Shown here: positions 26,954 through 34,513 of the stretch, piece by piece
Layout of the letters: each line of letters begins with the position of its first letter
Numbering within the stretch: the stretch's first letter is position 1
Sequence record: SRR31156797_2536
Length of the DNA stretch: 35,680 bases
Strand: one strand, 5' to 3'
Position numbers and translations under genes: made by a program
The notes under the pieces: model-generated
What the model was told of the DNA's origin: nothing
What the model saw: the letters and a program-made list of their open reading frames with translations, nothing else
Databases searched by the model: none

Positions 26954-27733
26954 ATGAACATCATCGTATGCGTTAAGCGGGTTCCCCTCACCCAGGAGGT
27001 GGACCTGGAAATCAACGATGCCAAAAAGGGTATTAAAACGGATGCGTTGGCCTATGTCATTAACGACTGGGACAACTATGCCATTGAAGAGGCGGTTCAG
27101 CTTCAGGAAAGTCTCGGCGGAGAAGTGACCGCCGTGACCATCGGGAAGGAGGACGATGAAGAGGTTCTGAGAAGGGCGCTGGCCATGGGAGCGGACAGGG
27201 CTCTTCGCATTGATCCCGGTGATCTGGAACCGGATGGTTATCTTTCCTCGAAAATCCTGGCCAAAACCCTTTCCCATCTGGATTACGATCTGATTTTTGT
27301 CCGCGTTCAGTCGGAAGACGTGAACACCGGAATGGTGGGAATCATGCTGGCCGAGCATTTGGGGCTGCCCCATGCCGCCGTAGCCAACGGCATTGAGCCC
27401 GGCGACGGTTCGGCCACCGTTCGGGTGGAGTTGGAAGGGGGCCTAAACGAGGTCTCCGAAATTCAACTTCCCGCATTGTTGACCGTTCAGACGGGAATCA
27501 ATGAGCCCCGATACGTCTCCATCATGGGAATCCGGAAGGCCAAGAAGAAAGAGCTTAAAGTTATTTCTTTGGATGAATTGAATTTTTCGGAAGATGAACT
27601 GGTTCCCCGGACCGTCATTGAAGAGGTCTTTCTGCCCCCGGAAACGGAAGGCGCCGAGATGATTGAAGGGGATACTTCCACGGTAGCGGAAGCAATCTTA
27701 CGCATTATGGGTGAAAAGGGGGTGACCTTGTAA
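26954..27733 (+). CDS. etfB: Electron transfer flavoprotein beta subunit
   Basis: IIVCVKRVP, INDWDNYAIEEA, ALAMGAD and INEPRY. Confidence 0.93.
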   Translation: MNIIVCVKRVPLTQEVDLEINDAKKGIKTDALAYVINDWDNYAIEEAVQLQESLGGEVTAVTIGKEDDEEVLRRALAMGADRALRIDPGDLEPDGYLSSKILAKTLSHLDYDLIFVRVQSEDVNTGMVGIMLAEHLGLPHAAVANGIEPGDGSATVRVELEGGLNEVSEIQLPALLTVQTGINEPRYVSIMGIRKAKKKELKVISLDELNFSEDELVPRTVIEEVFLPPETEGAEMIEGDTSTVAEAILRIMGEKGVTL

Positions 27734-28704
27734 TGGGCGAAATATGGGTGGTGGTTGAACATAGAAAAGGGGAAATCAGGGATATTACGTTTGAAATGCT
27801 TTCTAGAGCCCATATGCTGGCCAAGGATTTATCGTGCCATTTGACGGCCGTACTCCTGGGCGGCGAGGGTGAAAGCTTTGACGAGGGCTTGGCAAAGTGG
27901 GCCGACAAATTTCTCATGGTTAACGACGACCGGTTGACAGAGTACAATTCGGATCTTTATGTGGATATCCTTGGGAATCTGATTGGGGAACGTCAGCCGT
28001 TTCTGACCCTCATGGGGCATACGTCCCGGGGCATGGACTATGCGCCCGCTCTCTCCGTGAGAACGGCGCGCCCCTTGGCGACGGACGCAACTGAAATCCT
28101 TCTGGAAGACGGCCAACCCCTGGTGATCCGCCAGATGTATGGGGGCAAGGTGTTTTCCAGGGTCTCATTTAAGCCGTCCGAAGGCTATATGATCACCGTT
28201 CGGCCGGGGGCCTTTCAGCCTGAGTTGACGGAAGAAAGGCCTGGCGAGACGGTCAAAATCGCCTTACCGGAAGATCTAAAACCGCCGCGCCGGGAATTTA
28301 AAGGGTATGAGGACACGGCGTCCGGAGACGTGGACATCACGCAAGCGGATCTTCTGGTATCGGTGGGCCGGGGCGTTGGTGAGGCGGACAATATCCCGGC
28401 GGTCCAGGCGCTGGCCCATATGCTGGGTGGGACCTTATCCTGTTCGAGACCGGTGGTGGACAAAAACTGGCTTCCCAAATACCACCAGGTGGGAACGTCC
28501 GGCAAGAGCGTGAAACCGAAAGTCTACCTGGCTCTGGGGATCAGCGGCGCTTTTCAGCATGTGGCGGGCATTGCGGGGGCCGACTGCATTATTGCCGTCA
28601 ACAAGGACAAAAAGGCCCCCATTTTCAGGGTGGCGGACTATGGTGTTTCCGAAGACCTTTTTACGGTGGTTGGTGCCCTGAAAGAGGCGGTAAAAGGTGC
28701 TTGA
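27733..28704 (+). CDS. etfA: Electron transfer flavoprotein alpha subunit
   Basis: VSVGRG, SRPVVD, QVGTSGK, GISGAFQH and AVNKD; its start overlaps the etfB stop (TAATG). Confidence 0.95.
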   Translation: MGEIWVVVEHRKGEIRDITFEMLSRAHMLAKDLSCHLTAVLLGGEGESFDEGLAKWADKFLMVNDDRLTEYNSDLYVDILGNLIGERQPFLTLMGHTSRGMDYAPALSVRTARPLATDATEILLEDGQPLVIRQMYGGKVFSRVSFKPSEGYMITVRPGAFQPELTEERPGETVKIALPEDLKPPRREFKGYEDTASGDVDITQADLLVSVGRGVGEADNIPAVQALAHMLGGTLSCSRPVVDKNWLPKYHQVGTSGKSVKPKVYLALGISGAFQHVAGIAGADCIIAVNKDKKAPIFRVADYGVSEDLFTVVGALKEAVKGA

Positions 28705-28758
28705 TGCCGGATGCCCATAACGGAAAACGAAAAACAATATTGAATATGGAGCTTAACC

Positions 28759-29538
28759 ATGTCTTATAAGCTTTTGTATATGGAAAAGATTAATGATGCC
28801 GCCATCCTGACCCTTAACAATCCGCCGCTCAATTCCATTTCAGGGCACTTGATTGAAGAACTTGACAGGGGTTTGACGGAGATATTGACGGACAATGCCT
28901 GTCGGGTCCTCATTGTAACCGGCCATGGGGAAAAGGCCTTCGCAGCGGGGGCCGATATCCGGGAGTTGGAAAACTTTAATGAAAAGGGCGGCACGGCCCA
29001 GGTGGCCCGGGTAAAGGAAGTATTCGGCCGGATTCGTTCCTGTTCCATTCCCACCATTGCGGCCATCAACTCCCATGCCTTGGGAGGCGGTTTGGAATTG
29101 GCGCTACATTGCGATTTCCGTGTGGCCGCTGAAAATGTTTTATTGGGATTGCCGGAAATCAATCTGGGCGTCATGCCCGGGGCCGGGGGCACGCAGCTTC
29201 TGCCCCGATTGGTCGGTTTGGCCAAGGCCCGGTGGATGATATTTCATGGAGAAGCCCTTAGGGCGGAGGATGCTCTAGAGGTGGGCCTTTTGGATCGCGT
29301 TGTGAAAGGGGATCTCCTTCTAGAGGAGGCTTTCAAAATGGCCACCGCTCTGGCCGAGAAACCGCCTTTGAGCTGCAAGGCGATCAAAGAAGCGTTGCTG
29401 GCGGGGGGAGGCCTCTCTTTTGCTGATGCCATGCAGGAAGAAACCAGGCTATTTGGCATGCTTTGCGGCACCCGGGACAAAAAAGAAGGGGTCAGCGCCT
29501 TTTTGGAAAAGAGAAAACCTAAATTTGAGGGTGTTTAA
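28759..29538 (+). CDS. Enoyl-CoA hydratase (crotonase family)
   Basis: AFAAGADI, GGGLELAL and GLPEINLGVMPGAGGTQ. Confidence 0.93.
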   Translation: MSYKLLYMEKINDAAILTLNNPPLNSISGHLIEELDRGLTEILTDNACRVLIVTGHGEKAFAAGADIRELENFNEKGGTAQVARVKEVFGRIRSCSIPTIAAINSHALGGGLELALHCDFRVAAENVLLGLPEINLGVMPGAGGTQLLPRLVGLAKARWMIFHGEALRAEDALEVGLLDRVVKGDLLLEEAFKMATALAEKPPLSCKAIKEALLAGGGLSFADAMQEETRLFGMLCGTRDKKEGVSAFLEKRKPKFEGV

Positions 29539-29587
29539 CCGGAGGGGCCTATGGGTTTTGGCTTTTGATGGTTGCCGTTGATCGGAA

Positions 29588-29604
29588 TGCATATGAAATG
29601 CCAA
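29588..29604 (-). promoter_or_regulatory. Putative sigma54 (-24/-12) promoter, pointing leftward
   Basis: The minus strand reads TTGGCAT-TTCAT-ATGCA with exact GG-N10-GC spacing. Confidence 0.5.
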
Positions 29605-29651
29605 AATGGAATAAGCGCTTGATTGTGTTTCGGCGCAATGAGGAGAAAAGA

Positions 29652-30155
29652 ATGAAAATAATTAGAACCCTGGTATTTGTTTTTGTTATTGCTTTTATAT
29701 CTGCAAGCGTGAGCTTGGCGGATGACCAAGCCACCCCCAAGGAGCTTTATGGTAAAATTATGGACGGGGTGACGATACTTCAAAATCTGGGAGAGGGCGG
29801 ATTCGCGGCATTTAATGATCCTAAAGGCGAACTCGTTTGGAAAGACGCTTACCTGTTTGTGATGGATTGCGAGAAAGGGGTCATCCTTGCTCATCCCAAC
29901 GGGCGGCTGATCGGTATGACCACGGATAAAATTAAGGAACCCGGGACTGGAAGACTTATCATGAAAGAGACCTGCGAGGGCATGACCCCGGAGGGTTTCT
30001 GGATGGAGTATGACTGGGGCAAAAAGGGTGAAGATGGCGTTTTTAGAAAAGTGCTTCTAGCCGTGCCTGTTCCCAAGACCTCTTACCAGGTGGTGGGAGC
30101 CATATATGACAAAGATACGAGCATTGCGGAACTCAAAAAGATTTCGGCCAATTGA
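29652..30155 (+). CDS. Secreted single-Cache-domain protein
   Basis: Signal peptide after a GAGGAG RBS, then FNDPKG...YLFVMD...ILAHP...GFWMEYDW, a single-Cache pattern with no transmembrane or output domain. Confidence 0.8.
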   Translation: MKIIRTLVFVFVIAFISASVSLADDQATPKELYGKIMDGVTILQNLGEGGFAAFNDPKGELVWKDAYLFVMDCEKGVILAHPNGRLIGMTTDKIKEPGTGRLIMKETCEGMTPEGFWMEYDWGKKGEDGVFRKVLLAVPVPKTSYQVVGAIYDKDTSIAELKKISAN

Positions 30156-30858
30156 TCATGTTGTGTACAGCCGTTTTGTTAACACCCTCAGATGGTTATC
30201 CAGTTCCGAGAACCTGATCTCAGGCCCACCCAGAATAACCGCCCGCTCCACCATGTTGGAAAGCTCCCGGATGTTCCCCGGCCAGGAATAGGCCATGAGC
30301 TTTTCGATCTCGGATTCGGGAATCCCGCCGTAGTGCCGGTTGAATTGCGATGAAAAGAGTTTGAGGAAATGTTGCGCCAGAAGGGGGATATCTTCCTTTC
30401 GTTCTCTCAATGGCGCCACATTTAGAGGGAAAACATTGAGGCGATATAGGAGATCCGCCCGAAATCTGCCGTTTTTCACCTCATGTGCCAGATCCTTGTT
30501 CGTTGCCGTGATTAATCTGAAGTCGGAATGGAGGGTCACCGTACCGCCTACACGCTGAAACTCTTTTTCCTGAAGGATTCTGAGAAGTCTGCTCTGTGTG
30601 GACGGAGGAAGTTCGGAAACCTCGTCCAGAAAAATGGTTCCCTCATTTGCAAGCTCAAACCGCCCCGCCTTGGTCTTGACCGCCCCGGTAAAGGCGCCGC
30701 GTTCATGGCCGAAAAGTTCGCTGTCAATCAATGTATGGGGCAGGGCCGCGCAGTTCACGCGGATAAAGGGACCCTGCTGTCTGGCACTCTCCCGGTGGAT
30801 CGCCCTCGCCACAAGTTCTTTGCCCACTCCCGTCTCACCGGTGATCAGGGCCGTCGAT
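30156..30858 (-). pseudogene. Sigma54-dependent activator AAA+ core, truncated at both ends
   Basis: GETGVGKE, GAFTGA, IFLDEV, FRADLLYRL and WPGNIREL. Family resemblance starts at STALITG and ends before any HTH. Confidence 0.85.
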
Positions 30859-31090
30859 TGCGAAAGGAGAACCCAAAAAACTGCCGGAAGATGAGATCCA
30901 GCTGGGTCTGCTGGAGGCAATGGTAAAAACGGGGCAAAAACTTTTAGGCAGTAAGATTATCGATGACCCCCGCATGATCGACGTGGGCATGATCTGGGGC
31001 GCCGGATTTCCGGCTGACAGAGGGGGACCCCTTAGATGGTCCGATCTTATGGGGATATCCGAAAGACTGTTTGGGAAAACGTTCTATTAA
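30857..31090 (+). pseudogene. C-terminal remnant of a FadB/FadJ-type 3-hydroxyacyl-CoA dehydrogenase
   Basis: Absent from the ORF track. Manual translation gives IAKGEPKKLPEDEIQLGLLEAM...IDVGMIWGAGFPADRGGPLRWSDLMG...GKTFY*. Confidence 0.8.
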
Positions 31091-31196
31091 TGGGGCTCAG
31101 CAAATTTTGGACAGATGTATCCTTTCGTTTTGTTTTATTGATTTTCTGGTTTACAAGTGTTTGAAAACCGGTTTAAATTGCACAATGGAGTCCGCT

Positions 31197-33341
31197 ATGC
31201 CCACCAGAAGCAAAATAAAAAACTTGCGAAAACAGGCCGAGGCGTTCCTGTTGAAATCCCCATCCGCCATTAAGAAGATGCCCTCGGAAGACCTCAAGGA
31301 TCTCAAGAACCTGTTCGAGGAGTTGCAAATGCATCAGGTGGAGTTGGAGATGCAAGGGGAGGAACTGCGCCGTTCACAACTGGCGTTGGAAGAGGCACGC
31401 AATGAATATCTGGCGCTTTATGATTTTGCACCGGTGGGCTATCTGACATTGGAAGAAAAGGGAATAATTACAAAAGTCAACTTAACTGCTGCCGCCATGC
31501 TGGACATGGACAGGGGCGGTTTGATGGGTAAGGTCTTCTCATCCTTTGTTTCAAGGGAATACCAGGACGTTTTCTATCTGCATCGGCGCAAGCTGCTGAA
31601 AGGTGGGATGCCCCGGTTTTGTGAATTGGGAATGGTCAAAAAAGATGGGGCGCATTTTCAAGTGTTAATGACATCTGTTGTGGCCGCCGGAAACGAAAAC
31701 CGGATTTTGACGGCGCTCACGGATATTTCCCAGTTCTGGAATTCCCGGCACGCACTTCAAAAAACCCGTGACCAGCTTGAAAAACAAGTGGAAGAGCGCA
31801 CAAATGAACTGAGAAAGGCTAACGAAATATTAAGAATTGAAATAGAAGAGCGCAAAGAGACAGAGACAAAATTACAAAAATATTTCAAAGCGGTAGAGAC
31901 TTCAAAGAACCTTGTCGTAACAGTCGATCGTCAATATAAATACCGAATGGCAAATAGCGCATTTTTAAAACGATATGGACTCTCTAGAAGCCAGGTTATC
32001 GGACGTTCCGCTCAAGAACTTCTTGGAAAAGAAGTGTTTGAGGAAGCAATTAAACCGCATTTGGATAAATGTTTTCAAGGTCAACATGTCCAATATGAAA
32101 GGGTTCACACCTATCCCAATATTGGGGAACGCAATTTGGAAATAGATTACTTCCCCTTAGAAAATAGGAATGGAAAAATCGATCACATCGTTGGTGTTAT
32201 CCGTGACATTACGGATCGAAAACGATCTGAAGTTGCACTGAAGCAGAGCGAAGCCAGGGCTAAAGGGATCTTTGAAAATACCGCAAATGGGGTTGCCGTG
32301 TACCGGGCCGTCAATGGCGGTGAGGATTTTGTATTCGTGGATTTAAACATGGCGGGAGAAGAGATCGGTCAAGTGAAACGGGAACATGTCCTTGGCAAAA
32401 GTGTTCTGGAGATTTTTCCCGGCGTGAAAGATTTTGGCTTGTTGGACCTGTTCCGGAAGGTCTGGGAAACAGGCAAACCTGAGCACCATCCTGTCGCCTT
32501 TTACTCGGATGATCGAATTTCCGGATGGTGGAAACACTATGTCTTCAAACTGCCGTCCAATGAAATTGTAACCGTCTATAGTGATGTAACCGCACAAAAA
32601 AAAGTAGAGGAGGAGATTCGCCGGAATCGGGAAGAATTAACACATGTAATGAGAGTTGCGACCCTTGGAGAGCTTGGCGCTTCACTGGCCCATGAAATCA
32701 ATCAGCCCCTCACCGCAATCCTGAACAATGCCCACGCAGCCCGGAACTATCTTGACTTGGATACCCCTGATCTTGAAGAGGTGCGCGAAATATTGTTAGA
32801 TATCATTTCGGATGACAAAAGAGCGGTCGAAGTGATTCGGAGACTTCGCGCATTGTTCAGAAAAGCTGATCTTGAAAAGAAAAGTCTTGATGTTCCCGGT
32901 CTCATTGAAGATACCCTGGCCATTATCAAGAGCGAAACCATCATACGGAATATTTCAATTAAAGGGGTTTCAAATAAGGCTTTGCCCCCGGTCATCGGTG
33001 ACCCGGTCCAGTTACAGCAAATCATTCTGAATCTCGTTATGAATGCAGCGGAAGCCATGGCTGCCCTTGATCGCAATTGTCGAAAAATGATCATTACCGC
33101 TGAACGGGAAAATAACAAAAACGTTAAGATTGGCATTCGAGATTTTGGGACCGGCATCCGTGAAAGCAATATGGCCCGAATATTTAAACCATTTTACACC
33201 ACCAAACGTGAAGGCATCGGAATGGGTCTCTCCATCAGCAGGACTATTATCAAAGCGCATGGGGGTCAATTATGGGCTGAAAATCATCCTGACGGGGGGG
33301 CTGTATTTTACTTTACCTTACCCACAAATGAAGAGAAATGA
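31197..33341 (+). CDS. Cytoplasmic multi-PAS sensor histidine kinase (FixL/NodV-like kinase core)
   Basis: Three PAS-like repeats, H-box AHEINQPL, N-box NLVMNA, DFGTGI, FYTTK and GMGL. ATG 31197 follows GGAG. Confidence 0.92.
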   Translation: MPTRSKIKNLRKQAEAFLLKSPSAIKKMPSEDLKDLKNLFEELQMHQVELEMQGEELRRSQLALEEARNEYLALYDFAPVGYLTLEEKGIITKVNLTAAAMLDMDRGGLMGKVFSSFVSREYQDVFYLHRRKLLKGGMPRFCELGMVKKDGAHFQVLMTSVVAAGNENRILTALTDISQFWNSRHALQKTRDQLEKQVEERTNELRKANEILRIEIEERKETETKLQKYFKAVETSKNLVVTVDRQYKYRMANSAFLKRYGLSRSQVIGRSAQELLGKEVFEEAIKPHLDKCFQGQHVQYERVHTYPNIGERNLEIDYFPLENRNGKIDHIVGVIRDITDRKRSEVALKQSEARAKGIFENTANGVAVYRAVNGGEDFVFVDLNMAGEEIGQVKREHVLGKSVLEIFPGVKDFGLLDLFRKVWETGKPEHHPVAFYSDDRISGWWKHYVFKLPSNEIVTVYSDVTAQKKVEEEIRRNREELTHVMRVATLGELGASLAHEINQPLTAILNNAHAARNYLDLDTPDLEEVREILLDIISDDKRAVEVIRRLRALFRKADLEKKSLDVPGLIEDTLAIIKSETIIRNISIKGVSNKALPPVIGDPVQLQQIILNLVMNAAEAMAALDRNCRKMIITAERENNKNVKIGIRDFGTGIRESNMARIFKPFYTTKREGIGMGLSISRTIIKAHGGQLWAENHPDGGAVFYFTLPTNEEK

Positions 33342-33971
33342 ATGATGACAACCGATGAAATAGTATTTGTGGTTGATGATAATGTTTCGGTGCGTAAGAG
33401 CCTGGCGAGATTGATCGCTTCCAACGGCCTTAAAGTGAAAACATTTGCTTCGGCCCGGGAGTATCTAAAACAAGGTCCTTATGAAAGACCGTCTTGTCTG
33501 GTGCTTGATGTGAGGATGCCGGAGATGAGCGGTCTTGATTTACAGAATGAATTGGCATCAGCAAAAATCAGCGTACCGATCATCTTCATCACCGGATACG
33601 GTAATGTCCCCATGAGCGTCAAAGCCATGAAGGATGGTGCCGTCGATTTTATCGAGAAGCCCTTTGACGATGAAACGCTTATCAATGTTATCAAGGAAGC
33701 CATCGAACGTGATAGAAAAGCAACACTTAATCAGATTGAAATCAACGAAATTCAAAAGCGGGTTGATTCTTTGACCCCCCGTGAATATGAAGTCTTTGCG
33801 CTTGTGGTCCAGGGTTTGTTAAATAAGCAGATCGCCTCGGAATTGGGCAACAGTGAAAAAACCGTCAAGATCCATCGTGGCCGGGTCATGGAGAAAATGC
33901 AGGCCGATTCCCTGGCTGCCCTGGTTCGCATGTTTGATAAAATAGGTATGCGTAAGACCAAGGTCCTATAG
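33342..33971 (+). CDS. FixJ/NodW/TodT-type response regulator (receiver + LuxR HTH)
   Basis: FVVDD, LDVRMP, FIEKPF and LTPRE...LNKQIA...TVKIHRGRVMEKM. Confidence 0.94.
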   Translation: MMTTDEIVFVVDDNVSVRKSLARLIASNGLKVKTFASAREYLKQGPYERPSCLVLDVRMPEMSGLDLQNELASAKISVPIIFITGYGNVPMSVKAMKDGAVDFIEKPFDDETLINVIKEAIERDRKATLNQIEINEIQKRVDSLTPREYEVFALVVQGLLNKQIASELGNSEKTVKIHRGRVMEKMQADSLAALVRMFDKIGMRKTKVL

Positions 33972-33997
33972 ACGCCCCCATTTCTCCATTATATACT
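33953..33997 (+). promoter_or_regulatory. Putative activator box plus sigma70 promoter
   Basis: GACC-AA-GGTC palindrome at 33956-33965 directly upstream of TAGACG-N17-TATACT. Confidence 0.55.
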
Positions 33998-34120
33998 TCT
34001 CCTTATTTCAGTTTGTTTGGGTTTTGCCCCGCATTATTAGCTCCTTTCCAATTTTCATATGAAATTCTATTGCATAGCCTGGTAAAAGGTCAAATTTATC
34101 AACTTTTACAGGAGGCGGTT

Positions 34121-34513
34121 GTGCTGGATTTACATACGACCATCTGGGTTGTGGATGATGATCCATCAGTGTGCAAATCACTGAAAAGGTTGATCAATTC
34201 AGTTGGATTAAAGGCAAGGACATATCTTTCCGCACAAGAGTTTTTAAATGGCCGCGGAGAGGATTCCGGTCTTTTGATCCTGGATATGGAGATGCCCGGC
34301 CTTAATGGACTGGAACTGCAAAAAAAACTGGTGCGTTCCGGCTCTAACATACCGATTATATTTATTACAGCATATGATGATAGCAAGGCGCAGAAATCCG
34401 CAATGGAAGATGGCGCCATTGCGTTCCTCTTTAAACCATTTGACGATCAGGTTCTGCTGGATGCCATTTCCCATGGCATGGAAATGATTCGATTCCAAAG
34501 GATAGGACCATGA
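34121..34513 (+). CDS. Single-domain response regulator
   Basis: WVVDDD, LDMEMPG, FITA and FLFKPF. GTG 34121 follows AGGAGG. Confidence 0.9.
   Translation: MLDLHTTIWVVDDDPSVCKSLKRLINSVGLKARTYLSAQEFLNGRGEDSGLLILDMEMPGLNGLELQKKLVRSGSNIPIIFITAYDDSKAQKSAMEDGAIAFLFKPFDDQVLLDAISHGMEMIRFQRIGP

Noticed and set aside
31091..31114. TGGGGCTCAGCAAATTTTGGACAG as a second IS end
   Set aside because: It is only vaguely IS3-like and is not complementary to the 30159-30184 sequence.
34053..34064. TTTCATATGAAA perfect palindrome
   Set aside because: It is an AT-rich 12-mer with no assignable regulator and is plausible by chance.
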